DNA of 64,000 bases from Camelus ferus (GCF_009834535.1 NC_045697.1:23252001-23316000); one strand, 5' to 3'; counted from the stretch's first letter, positions 26,521 to 40,149 are shown. Notes: generated from the letters alone by a model not told the origin. Made by a program: numbers and translations.

Positions 26521-29247
26521 ATGAACAAATGAAATAGCTCATGTATTTTATCACTTCTTTCTCTGATGCTACTCCTTTTTGTGTGTGTTATATTTTTATA
26601 TGAAGATATGCACGTTTGCACATATGCATGCTCATACATGCACAGACGTATATGTACATAAACTTACGCACTCATATATACTAATGGACTTTTCTTTACC
26701 TCATAATAGTTCATGGGTGTAGTTTTTGGCACAGGAGTGGTATAGATAGGAGCTAGATTTTTTTTTCCTCTGATTGTATATGCAACATTAGCCACTATTG
26801 TCAAAAACATTTGTTTCTGTCTTCTGCTGAAAATTCTGTTTAAACAGGATAGTGACATGCACGAGATAGAGATGTCTGGAATTGATAATTATACTTGCTT
26901 GGTGAAATCACGCAGCTGATTAACAGTAACAGCCACAAGTTGGAATCCTGCCTTGAGAATGTTTCTGGGGCTGCTAAATGGGACTGGAAGTCTACCTCCC
27001 TAAGAGGAGTAGAGGGTAAGTTATTTGTAAATGTATTCTGTGTACCTCAAGTAAGATTTAGCTTAAGAGTCTTCAAGTGATGCATTAAAGCTATGGTATT
27101 GGAGAATCAACTACAACATTACTTTTAAGACAAAGTCACTTTTCCCAGACACTTAAATATGTTAGGTGTCACTGGGTGCTACATCAGTAATCTGGGAGAG
27201 TAAAAGCAAGAATTATTTGTGAAACATGTTAAGGATCATTTCCTTCCCATTTGGAATCAAAGGGAGTAATGTGAAAAAATGTAAAGTTCTAGGAAACAAG
27301 TTGCTGTGGCTAGAGCAGCAATAGTAAGTTTATTGTAAGATTTTACTGATCGCCCAGTTATTCAACCTAGATGAGAATCTGACCTAATTAGTTTTTCTTT
27401 CTCTACAACTATTTAAACATCAAACATGCCTCCATTGCCCCACATGTATCAATTCAAGGCTCCTGTTCTTCTCACCTGCTAACACCAGTCTCATCAACTT
27501 TCCTCCAAATACTTTCATCTCCACCACTATTACTGATTCTGTCCCCAGAAGAAAGTCTAAAGCACAGGAAATTGCTATTCTCATTGCTTGACAGGCAAAG
27601 TTGTGAGATAAAGAAGCCAGCTGCCTGATTCCTAACCCAAAACGAGAAGTGGAGGAGTGGGAGAGGGCAGTGGTGATAAGGTGTGGGCATCAGAATTCAA
27701 ACTATTTTAGAAAAGTTATTATTTATATTTATCACCATCAGTTTCAAGCTTCAAACTACATAATGCGTTTAAAATGTTTTTGCCAGAAGGAATGGGAATT
27801 CAAACTCCATGAAAAGTTAGATTACATGACTGTCAACGAAGAGAACTGTGAGGAGCACACAGACCCACAAAAGAAACAAAGAAACAAAGAGTTGGTGATT
27901 AAGACAGTCCTTAAGGAGACATAAGGATTTTGTGGGTTTGTACACGTACATTATTTTTTCTGAATGGTATAATCAATTTGGAGATTATCCCTCCATCCTT
28001 CCAACACAGCATGCTCTATGTCTGGAATATGATGTGGAAGGTACCTCAAGATGTGAGCAGTACACATCCATATTTGAAGTTGAAGCCCTTGTCTCTTGCT
28101 TCGTTCTGATCCTAAGGCAAGATGTGTCTGTAACAATCAGTGGATATATTCCTAGATTGGCCTTTGCTTAAATTGCAAAACCTAGTAATATTTAATGCTT
28201 CAATAATGTAGTTTCAGAGTAACAACTTATGAATGACAACATGATTGCTCATATACATAATTCTTTAATATGATTTAGTTGACATAAACACAGTGCACCA
28301 CAGGAATGACAAAATAATTGACAAATGATTTCCAAAATGAGAACTATTATGTTGAGTTGGATGTCCATTAAAAGTTTATTCTAAATTCAAAGGCTTGGTA
28401 GTAAAAATTACTTCAAGGATTTAAGAAGTCATTTCATTTCTGCATGTATTTGCAAATGTAACTACTTTATGAAACTTTTTCTATGTTTGTTAATGGAAAC
28501 TTTTGTATTTCATATTTTCTAAATGCTCGAAAGATTTTAGTCTTTGTTTCTTTGAAAGACGAGCCAATTAAAATTAACAGTAAATTCATAATCTGTTTAA
28601 AAAAAAAAGCAAGTACTTGGCAAATAGTAAGCTCCCAATAAATAGTAGGTTACTGAAAGAATTAATTTTACATTAAGCCTATTTTTGTTCAGTTTCTCAA
28701 ACTACTTAATCATGATATCAATCACATAATTAATTACACCATCAATCAAAATTTTGGTGGTCTTAAACTTGTATGCATAACAATACAATGATTACCCCCA
28801 AATTTAAGCTCTGCTTCCTAAAGTTCCACACAATCCCATCCCCATTAAGGAAAGTAGTGTGTTTATTATTTTATCAATTACAGGTCAGAATATATTTTGC
28901 TTGTTTGTTTCCTAAAACCACACGTATTCTCAAAGGAAGACCTGGATTATAACATGCTCAAGGTATTTGAAGAATAAATTTTGAAAGCTTTGCCATCACT
29001 GCATATAATCAAGAGACTATACCAGAGTTCTGTGGACAATTCCCAATGAGAATTCCCAAATGTCCTGAACACCACTGCATCATCATAGTTAGCATTTCAT
29101 CTCACAGTAAAGAGACCGTATCATGTATTTGGATGTGTGTAATTCACACCCTGAGAGTTGGAGGAAGGACTGACCGAAACAGAAGCTAGTTGAGTGAATC
29201 GTTCGGAAATGGGGTTCTGAAGAGTGGAAGTTTGGATACAGAGCTCT

Positions 29248-29310
29248 AACCAAGACCCTGAGCAACCAAGATTCTGAGCCAAGATCCTGGTAACCAAGAT
29301 CCCGAGCCAG
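29248..29310. repeat. Short degenerate 16-bp tandem array (about 4 units)
   Basis: aaccaagaccctgagc / aaccaagattctgagc / caagatcctggt / aaccaagatcccgagc. Confidence 0.85.
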
Positions 29311-30059
29311 GAAAACATCTGTATCAGAAAGCTGAATTCCAAAATATTTTGAAAAGTACTAGTTGATTATTAATCAACAGTAGTGCTCAAAGACTGAAAA
29401 ATACATAGATATGAACTTGAGAATATGTGGTTCAAAAATACACACAGATTTAGGAGTTGGCTTCTGAAAAATTTAGGTAATGACTCTTTTCCCTTTAATA
29501 CTTTCAGTGAAATATCCAATATTTTAATACTAATCCTCCAGAAGTATGTTTTCTTTTAATTTATGTACATGGAATAGGTCTTTAATTCATAACTCGGCAA
29601 CATATTGCTTTCTCTTCAAAATTCTGTAAAAGGGAAGAAAATATAAACTATTGTTAACAATATGATGCTTTTGAAACCTTTAAATTGGCTTTCCCAAATA
29701 TAATCACCAGGTGTCTTTTCAAATGAAGTACTTCATATACATATCTTATTAAATAAAAATTACTGAACTTAAATGTTGGTAAGCAACGACAGTTGAAAAA
29801 TAAGTATAATTTGAAATGAGAGATTTTTGATGTTTATTTTTTTACTTTTCCTAATGTATAGTCATGTAATTATCTATAAAGGAGTGAAATAATTAAAAAG
29901 TGACAATCTCAAAATATTTTGATTTTAATTTATGAAATATTTATTTAATAGAGGAAAGTACAAAAGTTTTAATATCACCTAGTTCAAAGATTAAACTACC
30001 ACCTAATTTGAAAAACCTTTTACTGTGTTTTTTGCACATTTTTTGAAAAAAAAAATTTG

Positions 30060-30960
30060 AGAATTCAATCCTTAATTGTGTACTTTCTTCTCCTTTCTTG
30101 AAATCATCGTAGCTATTTGGTTTTGTTTTGGCTGGTTTAGATTTTTATTTATTTATTTTGGTATCACATTTCCAGCATTCTATTTTTAATTTTTTATTGC
30201 ACATTTCTATTTTTTATTCCTTGTCTTCCTTGATTTTTATTAATCAATTATTTGTTACCCACTTTTTTAAAAAATGCATATTTCTATGGTATTTGTTTAA
30301 CAACCTCTTTAACACATGCACTTGATTTCACAAAGGCCTAATATAGACAATATTTCTTACTTCCCTTTGAAAAAGTTCACAGAAATTTTAAAATGCTTCA
30401 AGACAACTTCCTTCCTTCCAGCTATGCTACCTAGAATCTGAAGTTCATTTTGTTTTCAACTTTAAATTGAAATTTTTATTTAACCAATGATTAATTATAT
30501 TTACCAAAAATTTACCACATTTATTTTTGCTAAACTTGCTACATGCATCTCAACCTTTCCTCCTAGATACTTTTTTAATTCATTTTGTGACAACTCATGG
30601 GTGCTACCCACTCTTTAAGATGTCTTTATATTTCCTTCATTAGTGTATGTTAACTGATCTGGGTATAGAATCCTAGTTCAACAAATATCTTCTTCAAATT
30701 TTTTCATGAAAATTCTGCTGACAATCTAATTAGCATGCTTTGTACATAATCCATTTATTATCTCCGGTTACTGTTATCTCTGTGTCCTTGATAATATGTG
30801 ATTATCTCTGTCTTTGATGATATGAATTTTGTTTTTTAAAAATATCATGCTTTAGATTCAGCATGCATCCTCTGTATGAAGACTTATATCTTTCTTCAAA
30901 TCTAGATAATTATAAACCTTTATGACTTCTAATAATGCTTTTCTTTTATTCCACCCTTCT
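30060..30960 (-). mobile_element. Old L1/HAL1 fragment (ORF1-region-like)
   Basis: T-rich plus strand with ctgggtatagaatcctagtt and tctgctgacaatctaatt, typical of reverse L1 ORF1. Confidence 0.6.
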
Positions 30961-32210
30961 GGCATTCAGCAAATCAATTCCTTAGAGGCATTCAGTTTCA
31001 TGGAAGGAATCCAACTGGGACTCTGCCTTGACTGTGCTTGAGATAATTTCTCCTGCCCTCACCATCATAAAATTTCAGCTTTCAATTCAGATATCACAGC
31101 TTTAATGTATTGTTATCACCCAAGTTCCTTCTGATACTGTTTTATTTTTAGAATTAAAGTCATTTTTGCCCCTACTGCATTTCTAATATTTTTGGTGAGA
31201 ATAAGACCAAGTACAGTCAACTCCTTTTGCCATATACCATATTTATTCATGTGCTTTTCTAAAATATACATTTCTAAAAAATAGAAGATATTTAGATTCC
31301 TTTCAAATGAAAAAAGTAAGACCAAAAGTCAACACATATAGAACCTGGGAATTTATTACTTCTTTCCATACGGCTTATTTTCAGCTCAGTTAAGTTTAAA
31401 GATTTGTTGGCTTTTCTCTCTAGTATCCCCAGCAGGTTGACTGTGTCCTTTTTCTTTTTAAATACCCTTTAACCCAACTGTTTAGGAAGGACAAGGCAAG
31501 TCCTTAAAATTCTGCCTATGTTCTCCGGAAATGTCATTCATTTGGCAGGGCTCCCAACGTGCAGCACAGCTTGATCCCATGAACTGTCCCCTAAACAGCC
31601 AGGCTTGACACTGCGAAGCTCTTTCCATGACAGGCATTCATTTATCTGAACTTATTCTGAACTTAGAGAAGATGCTGTGTGGGTTTTTTTGTTTGTTTGT
31701 TTCATTTTGTTTTGCTTTGCTTTTTTTTTTTAATGTACTCTGAGAGGCACATTCTGATATCTCTCTGACCCATCAGTATTTCTTCTCTAAAAGTTGTTCT
31801 GTAAAAGAGAATGATTTTAAGGGGATCCCTTTTCTTTATATCTCAGTGGGAGCTCTGAAATGTCTGAATGAAAAGACTTTAAAACATTTTTGGCAGTGCC
31901 TTTGTTTTAGAGTTGGCATTTGGCTTTGTTTAATCAGAAGATAGAACTTAAAGTTCACTCTTATTTAACTTTGATTTAGAAAAAAGGGACGAAAGCAGAA
32001 ATGACATGGTGGAAATTTTAATGTTACGATTTTACATAGAAAGATTCTGAGATCTTTTCAATTATTGCATGAGAAGTTTTTCAAATCAAAAACCCCACAA
32101 TTATGGATTATAAGAAGATGTGTTGCACCTATGTTAATCAACATATTATGAACTTAATTTGCTTATACATTTTCTTACTAAAAAATTATATAGAAACAAT
32201 ATTACTTTAT

Positions 32211-32412
32211 AAGCAGGAGCTCTAGATTAAAATCTGGATCAATCATTTACCACTTGTGAAAATACAGGCAAATAACTTTTCTGTCTCTTTATCCTCAATT
32301 GTACAAAAAAGATAAAAATAGCATTTAACTCAGAGTAATTGTGAAGAATGTATTGATCCATGTACAATTTTCGTATCGTGATTGGTGCTCGGTGAGCACA
32401 CAATTGCTAGCT
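32211..32412 (+). mobile_element. MIR SINE
   Basis: caggcaaataactttctgtctctttatcctcaattgtacaaaaaagataaaaatagc ... ttgtgaagaat. Confidence 0.7.
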
Positions 32413-33058
32413 CTCAGTTGGTACTGGTGTTTGTAGGTTTCATTCATCTACAAAGTCCATCAGTTGCAAAGAACATTGTTTTTTCAATTAATCTCCTTTT
32501 GTAAAGTCAAATTTCAGTTTATGGAAAGGTTATTATGTATTTGGAGTTTCAAATTTCTTATTTAGAAAAACTGTGGAGTTGCATTTGATGGTTACAAAGA
32601 ATCTTTTCTATTTTACAATTCTATAGTTTTGTGTAATCTAAATTATATCTTAGCTCAGTCTGGTTACTGGGAAATGTTACCCCAATGAATAAGCCAGAAG
32701 CAATATATAAGCCTAACATATGAGTATGTATATCTTTAAAAATTAGAATTTTAAAATGTTAAATCTTCACCAATTCATGGCAATAAATATAGCTAATTTT
32801 TCATTTATATTTATTTTTATTTTTTGCCCATTAATGATATGAACAATTTTGCATGTTTTTAGTTTAGACATATTTCTTTTCTTGAGTTACCTGGTTTTTT
32901 TATGTTATTTTTCCTATTTTATTTGTTTTTTCAACCTTTTTACTGTAGGGAAATACTGTTTTCCTGCTACTTTATTAGTTTAGGAGATTTATATGATTTG
33001 AATGTTTTTCCAGATTACTTTTTATCTTTTTATTTCAATTAAGAGATTTTAATTTTTT

Positions 33059-33257
33059 TGATTTTTAAAAATTTTTGTTACTTTTTTGGTTGTCGTTTTT
33101 GTTGGGGAGGATATTAGGTTTGTTTATTTATTTATTTATTTATTTATTTGTTTATTTATTTATTTATTTATTAAATGGAGATACTGAGGATTGAACCCAG
33201 GACTTTGTGCATGTTAAGCATGTGCTCTACCACTGAGCTATATCCTCCCTATTCCCA
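33059..33257 (-). mobile_element. Vic-1-type tRNA-derived SINE (camelid)
   Basis: Minus strand reads GGGAGGATATAGCTCAGTGGTAGAGCACATGCTTAACATGCACAAAGTCCTGGGTTCAATCCTCAGTATCTCCA, then (AAAT)n, CCTAATATCCTCCCC and an A-rich tail. A and B boxes present. 15-bp TSD agattttaatttttt at 33044-33058 and 33258-33272. Confidence 0.9.
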
Positions 33258-33343
33258 AGATTTTAATTTTTTAATATAAGAAAAAAATTTTAATTTTATG
33301 TAGTAAAATTATTCATACCTTATAAAATTTAATTTTACATATA

Positions 33344-33560
33344 CAGTTGATTCTTGAACAACAGGGGTTTAAACTGTACAGTTCCACTTATATGCAGATT
33401 TTTTTCCACTAAATACATACTACAGTATTACATGATCTGCAGTTGGTTGAATTCAGGGATGTGGAATTGCAGTCATGGAGGGATGACTACAGAGGTACAT
33501 GTGGATTTTCCATTGTGTGGGGATGGGCACCCTAATCTGCATGTTGCTCAAGGTTAACTA
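33344..33560 (-). mobile_element. MER8 (Tigger2-derived MITE)
   Basis: TIRs cagttgattcttgaacaac / gttgctcaaggttaacta flanked by TA; internal gttggttgaattc; 217 bp. Confidence 0.85.
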
Positions 33561-34419
33561 TATTTTTTTATAGTGATACTTTACAATATCTGATATCTTA
33601 CGGAATGTAGATGTCAGATATTCATATGTGTATCAAGTTTTTTAATTTTAATATTATTTATCTTTGAATTTGTGTTTGGTAGAAATATAGCTTTATTTTT
33701 CCAAGATAAAATAAGCCATTTATTTATCTTTTAGGGAACCTAAGGGGAAAAAAAGAGGATTTTGAGTGGAATTGTATTAAACACACATAAATTTAAGGGT
33801 AATTGATATATTACAATATTAACATGAATACTTTAGGATATAGTTTAAATCTTTTTGTTTCTTTACATTATCTTTTTTGATCTTAATACATTTATGGTAA
33901 ATAAGCACTTTAATACATGTAATTTTAAAATGATTGTTCCACATATTTCATCTATTCTTTTATAATGAAATAACAAATACTCCAAAGTAGCAGTACTGAG
34001 GATGAAGCCAGGCTTTTCAACTCCAAAAGTCATTCATTTAGTAACCAGCATACTAAATCATTGGTGCATAAAAGAGCTTTGTTTTCTGTGTGTTTTGCGT
34101 GGGTGTTCTTTGTGCTCATGTGTATTTTTTACCATTCCTAATTAGAGTTCTGTCATCAGATCTATAGTTTTTTCATTGATCCACTTTCATTTTATAGATA
34201 ATGCATCATTTGCAAATATTATCAACAATTGCACTTTGTTTACTTTTCTATTATTTCTTCTTTATTTGTATTTCTTTTGCTGTTCTTTTACAAATTTCTA
34301 AAGTAGAATGCTGGACTTCCCATATGTATTTATTTCTTGCTTAGGTAATTATTTCAACAATGAATTTGACTCTAACTACTGACTAATCTTTACCCCACAG
34401 GAATCTGTACATTATTTTC

Positions 34420-35868
34420 ATTGAGGGTAAATTTTCTTAGTATGCAGAGAGCCTCGTGTTATATATGGATGTCTACTTTGTGTGAAAAAGAGAACTGAGG
34501 ACTGAGGTTGAAATCTACAGATTCATATGCCATGGATAACTGGTCGACTTGCTGAGCAGGAACTCAATAAGGGCAAGAATGGAATATTAGTGACACAGGG
34601 AATACACATGGATGGATCTCTCAGAATGGGTCAGGGTGTAAAAATATTTGTATCTCTCATACATGCCCAGTAGAAGGTATCACTCTAATGGGGGACATAA
34701 TAAACTACTGGAGATAGTTCTTCAGATGTTAGTTTTTTTCAGCCATGTCTGTGTCTGCTTAACAGATTCATGTACAGTGTGTTCATGGTGGCAGAGAATG
34801 AGGCTAAGCACATATTCAAGAATATGAAATTTCTCTCACCAAGGTTAGTCCGGCTACTATCACTACTGAGAAGAATGCATGCTGATACCAAAGGCTAGTC
34901 TTGAGCCCTAAAATGGTGTAATTCTCTGGAAGACCTGCTAGCAGGTAACAGGTTTACTAAGGTGTATACTCTTTATTGGAGGGGAGGACAGGGCACAATT
35001 TTTCCCTACAAGGATAGATACGTATTCCAGTTATAAACTTGCTCTCTCTGCTCAGCACCATTATTTAAGAATCTGAAGATTATCCACTGCCTGGCATCCT
35101 ACACAGTATCACTTCTGTACACTGGAATGATTCACATGTCCTACACTATAAAATAAATCCCATGAAATCACTGGTAATATCATTTGTTCTATCACCTAGA
35201 AACATTTGGCTACATAGAATGGTTGAATGAGTTACCAAAGAATAAATCATGGGAAATATCATCTTTGAGGTAGGGGAGCATTTCTCCAGCAGGTGACACA
35301 TCCCTTAAAATAGCAGCCAACATTTGAGGCTTTGTCCCCATAACCAGCTATACAGGGTTTTTTCAGGATCTAGGTCAAGTTATAAGCGATAACTCTCATA
35401 ATTGCATGTATAAGCAGGGAAGAAATTTTCACTTCCTTCCTCATGACTCTGGGCTCACGCGTATGGAGATCACAGAGCCCAAGAGAGGAATGCTTCCACC
35501 AGGAGATACAGCTATGATTTCATACATATGAAAGCTGAAACTACTCCTGGTCAGCTTGGTCTCTTAATGCTGCTAAACCAATAGACAACAGAGAGGAACA
35601 CTACAATGTCTAATGTGGTATATTCTGCTTGTCAAGGGGAAATTTGTTTATTGCTACTCAGTGGGATCAAAAAGGACTTTGTGTAGACCCTAGGGAATTC
35701 ACTGGGGCATTCCTTAGTACCTCTGCTTAATAATCTTCAATAGTAGAAAACAGCTTTCAGCTAATAGAGACAGTACCACCAAGGAGTCAGATCCTGAAGG
35801 AAGAAGGCATTTATTCACCATATCAGAATAACTCTAGTCGAGCTAAGGGGAACATGAGATGAGTGGCA
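34420..35868 (+). mobile_element. ERV-L internal remnant: RNase H, integrase and dUTPase (decayed)
   Basis: Collinear decayed motifs: EGKxSxxAE, VKIFVSxIHA, HGGRE, LTKVS(PA)T, IDTYS, HCLASYTV/GIPHSIAS-like, GMLPPGDT, GEICLLL, SDPEG. Confidence 0.85.
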
Positions 35869-35869
35869 T

Positions 35870-36565
35870 ATGACCCATAAATAAATCTCTGCGTATATAG
35901 ACAACTAATCTATGACACAGAAGCCAAGAATGTACGAAGGGAAAGGACAGTCTCTTCAATAACGGTGCTGGGAAAAGTGGACAGCCACATGCAAAAGAAT
36001 GAAACTGGATCACTATCTTAGATGATATACAAAAATCAACTCAAAATGGGTTAAAGTCTTGAATGTAAGACCTGATATAACAAATCTCCTATAAGAAAAC
36101 ATAGAGGGAAGACCTTTGAAATCAGTCTTGCTGATGATTTTTTGGATTTGACACCAAAACAAAAGCAACAAAAGCAAAAAAAAAAGTTAATAATTGGGAC
36201 TACAGGAAACTATAGAACTTCTACACAGCACAGGAAATCATAAATGAAAAGGCAGCCTATGGAATGGGAGAAAATATTTGCAAGTCATCTGATTCAGGGT
36301 TAATATTCAAAATATATAATGAACTCACAGTCCTCAATAACAAAAAACACCAATCTGATGAAAAAAAATATGGGCAAAGGAACTGAATAGATATTTTCTA
36401 AAGACAACATACAAAAGGTCAACAGGTACATAAAAAGGTGCTTAAGGGAAATGCAGGTCAAAATCACAATGAATGTCATCTCACACCCCTTGGAGTGGCT
36501 ACTGTAAAAAAGACAAGAGCTAACAAGTGTTGGTAAAGATGTGGAGGAAAGAGAACACTTTGTGT
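35870..36565 (+). mobile_element. L1 ORF2 3'-region fragment
   Basis: gacagtctcttcaataacggtgctgggaaaagtggacagccacatgcaaaagaatgaaactgga ... aaaatcaactcaaaatgggttaaag corresponds to L1 ORF2 SLFNKWCWENW...KINSKWIK. Confidence 0.92.
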
Positions 36566-37294
36566 GTGTCATCTGTCATCTGCTGGAACCTTGACATATA
36601 AAAATTAAGCTCTTAAGATAACCAACACAAACTACTACAACAGACAATGTCTAACAAGTCAATGGATTAATAGAATAAAGATGAAAATTTACATATAGGA
36701 AATATTTGTAATGTATTTAGTATGTTAATATTAGGCAAGTACTAAACTGTTTATGAGATTTTGTTATTCTTTATTTTCGTTAACATTACCTAATACTAGG
36801 CCTCCCTACTTTTGCATGACATTAAGATTGACAAGTTCTTGTGAATATTGATTTAGTTTCCGGAGTATTCCAATACACCAATTTACCTTATAACATGGCA
36901 TTCACAGGGAAGAGAGAATAAGAGACTAACAACTACTACCTACAGAACTGAAAAAAAAAATAAAAGTGCAGCTTTAGTAAACTATAAATAGTATTTAAGT
37001 AAACTAAACCACGAAGGAAAACAACAGCATTCTCTGGTGACAAAATAAAACTGAATTCCTCATTTCTACTCTTGTGCTACATTTTGCCAGAACCACACTG
37101 CCGGGTTAATGTTCTTTAAGCTGCCATGAAGAAAAATTAAAGATTTGATTAAAATTTTTAAAAATACTAATTTTGTCAGGAAATAGTCACTATATAACTG
37201 TTAAGCACCAGGAGATGTGCTAGACTGTATTTAGGATTATTCACATCTTCTCAGAATGAATTTGTAGGCCAGTGTTCTTGAGGAATTCAGCCCT

Positions 37295-37542
37295 TGGTTA
37301 AAAATCTAAGTCTTTATTTTCCAGGCTGGACGGCAGGCCTAACAAAGGCATTCTCTAGTAGGACTCATGGGGAAAGCCACCCTCCCCACACCAGACTTAG
37401 TGCCCAGCCAGTTTCTTCCTCTGTAAAACGTGGGTTATAGAAACAAACTACTTTATAGATTGCTGAGAACATTAGATGAGTTAACACATGCATGGCACTT
37501 GCAATACTGGGCACCCTACAAACATAAATAAATATTAGCTGC
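37295..37542 (+). mobile_element. MIR SINE
   Basis: cagtttcttcctctgtaaaacgtggg ... attgctgagaacattagatgagttaacacatg ... aaatattagct. Confidence 0.75.
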
Positions 37543-39309
37543 TCAGTTCAATAACAAATTTGGAGGTGCTGTTTATAATGTCATCCCTCTGTGTAACTTG
37601 GTGAGTTAAAACCAAAGAGTAGCCTATGAGGTTCTGCGATTCAAATAACAGATCTCTGTTAGCCTCACTAAATCCTTGCCAGAGAGCATGGGGACCCTTT
37701 CGTGTGTTTTAGGAAGTCTATAAATTCCATAAAATTTCAAGACATATTTTGTATAATGGCCTACATATACTTTTATAGGAAAAATCCATATCTCAAAAAA
37801 TCCATAAGCAATGGTCTGCTTTTTCATTCCATTTAACCTTATAATTGGCTAAAATTAAACAATCACATTAGAAATAATATGCTGGAGTGATTATGAGCAA
37901 GAGAGATGCACTTTTATTAACCTTCTTTCTCTGGGAAAATCCCTTCACTTCTCTGAACATTTATAAAATGGAATTATAATTTTTTTCATATTTCTGAAAA
38001 TGGCTAATTTCACATTGCAAAAAATACAGAGTTAATCTGAGGCACCAAAAACTTAATTCTTTCCTGAAGGCACATTTTACATTTGTGGAGCATATGCTAG
38101 CATATTCAGGCCAATGTATTTCTATGCAGAAGTAATTTACTACTCACAACCTGAGTGAGTTAATGTTTTCAAATTTTTCCAAACCTCTTGTCTCCAGGGA
38201 ATATTTGGCTCAATATACATTTTTCACTAATGTGGCTTACCTTTTAAAATTTTATTTTATGACCTTAATATGTTGACTTTAGGATGTGATAGCTATTAAG
38301 AAAGGGAGAGCTGGTCACAATTAATAGGTTATGCTTTTAAAATTCCAGTTCCATCCTGTGGATTTTAAATTTTGTCCTACAATATCTTTCATGGGTAAGC
38401 TGATAAGGTAAAACAAAAATATATTTATTTCACATATGGTGTACATTAGTTAGTTTCAATATTTAATATGATTTGAGTGGAACAAAAGCCTATTTATTAA
38501 ACAGCATCAAAGCTCAACCACAAAATGATACTGACATCAAACTCATATGTTAGGAGTGCATTTTCTTTTTAAAATGTTAGGCCCTACAGTTGTGTGTATT
38601 AGTTTGTTTACCTGTTTGTGTTTTTATACTATGACCTCTGAAATTTTCTGAGCCTGATTTTTCATAAAACTTCTGGAATACAATATATGTGACATTAAAA
38701 AATGAAAAGAGAATAGTCATTTAAATCCACTGCTGTGTATATTCAAGACACTGCTATATGTCTTTCAATATAAGAAACTGGGGAGATTTTATGGTAGGCA
38801 GTTAGGACGGAGTGGGAAGGGTGAGGGGAGAAAGATGTTGGGGAAAAGAGTAAGTCATCTTTTTGTGCATCATTAATCATATAAAGAGTAATGGCAACAA
38901 ATAAAGACAGAAACAACAGTCAAGTGGCATTAATTAAGAAAGCTCAAAAATAACAACAGAAGGGGGAATGTAGGTAAAAAGCAGGAAATAAGAAAGTCTT
39001 CAAGTGGAAAAGCTAGGAAAAAGCAAATAAGGTATTTCTGACTTCTAATAATGATTTCCTCAAGAGCTTGCTAGGTAGAAATACCACATTCTTTTCTGAC
39101 AAAGACCTTTGCACAGTGTTTGGGTTTTTTTCCACTTTTAATGTCATTTATTTTTTTCTTTCTAATTTTATGAGCAATACATGTTCACTGCAGACAATAA
39201 GAAATATGTAAAAGCATAAAGTAGAAAATATCAGTCACTCATATTCCCCACTCCTCAGAGATAACCACCATTAGCATTTTCAGGCTTTTCCTCCCAGTGT
39301 CTATATATA

Positions 39310-39868
39310 TTTTAATTGAAATATAATTGCCCTGAACACTATGTTAGTTCCAGGTGCACAACACAGTGATTTGGTATTTCTGTACATTACAAAATGATTA
39401 CCATGATATGTCTTGTTGCCATCTGTCACCATACAAACATATTACAACATAATTGACTGTATTCCCCATGTTGGATATTTAATCCCCATGACTCATATTT
39501 ATTTTGTAACTAGAAGTTTGTACCTCTTAATCTTTCTACCTATTTCACTTATCCCTCCTACCTCTCTCCTCCTTGGCAAACACCTGCTTTTTCTCTGTAT
39601 CTATGAGTCTGTTCTGTTTTGTTGTTTGTTCCTTTATTTTGTTTTTTAGATTCCACATATAAGTGAAATCATATGGTATCTGTCTTTCTCTGTCTTACTA
39701 ATGCTGCAGTGAACACAGGGGTGTATATATCTTTACAAATTAAAGTTTCTGTTTTCTTCAGAAAAATACCCAGACGTGGGATTGCTGGATCATATGGTAT
39801 CTCTATTTTTAATTCTTTTGAGGAAACTCCATACTGCTTTCCATAGTGGCTGCACTAATTTACATTTA
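39310..39868 (-). mobile_element. L1 3' end (L1MA9-like), internally deleted
   Basis: Reverse L1 3'UTR (ttagttccaggtgcacaacacagtgatt ... ttagattccacatataagtgaaatcatatggtat) followed by gggattgctggatcatatggt ... ttccatagtggctgcactaatttacatt. Confidence 0.9.
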
Positions 39869-40149
39869 GCAAGGCAAATGTTGTTTTCACTTGCCTTGCA
39901 CTTTATCAGTGCTGTATCTCTGTCGAAATTCAAAGAGATATTTAATAATCTAAATATGTCAATGCCATCATCTTTCTACATCAGTTAGCATTATCCCCTG
40001 CTCGTAACCTGCCAATGGCTCCTTCATGACATTTAACCTGACACCCAGATTTGTTAGCATCCCTTTTAGCTCTCTAAAGTCTAAATAACCTCTTCTCACT
40101 CACTCTTTTTAAACAAAAATGAATATTTTGCTATTCTTAGAGCTATAAG

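Larger units (their letters stand above)
32750..34420 (-). mobile_element. Old L1 (L1ME-like) fragment hosting Vic-1 and MER8 insertions
   Basis: Strongly T-rich plus strand with L1 ORF2-like reverse segments (ggattttgagtggaattgtattaa, aatttaagggtaattgatatatt). Confidence 0.55.

Noticed and set aside
25309..26639. ORFs of 72-154 aa rich in Y/I/C/V/H/T
   Set aside because: Artefacts of TA/CA/TG low-complexity repeats
27476..27556. Minus-strand 81-nt exon-like segment with a CAG|GTGAGA donor
   Set aside because: Sits in L2-like decayed sequence; acceptor is modest and the peptide is unrecognised
33175..33249. Possible tRNA gene
   Set aside because: It is the head of a SINE, with an (AAAT)n tract, A-rich tail and TSD
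14400..34450. Idea that the two + strand ERV-L pieces are one provirus split by 20 kb
   Set aside because: The first piece continues through RNase H (to about 14630) and overlaps the start of the second, so they are independent copies
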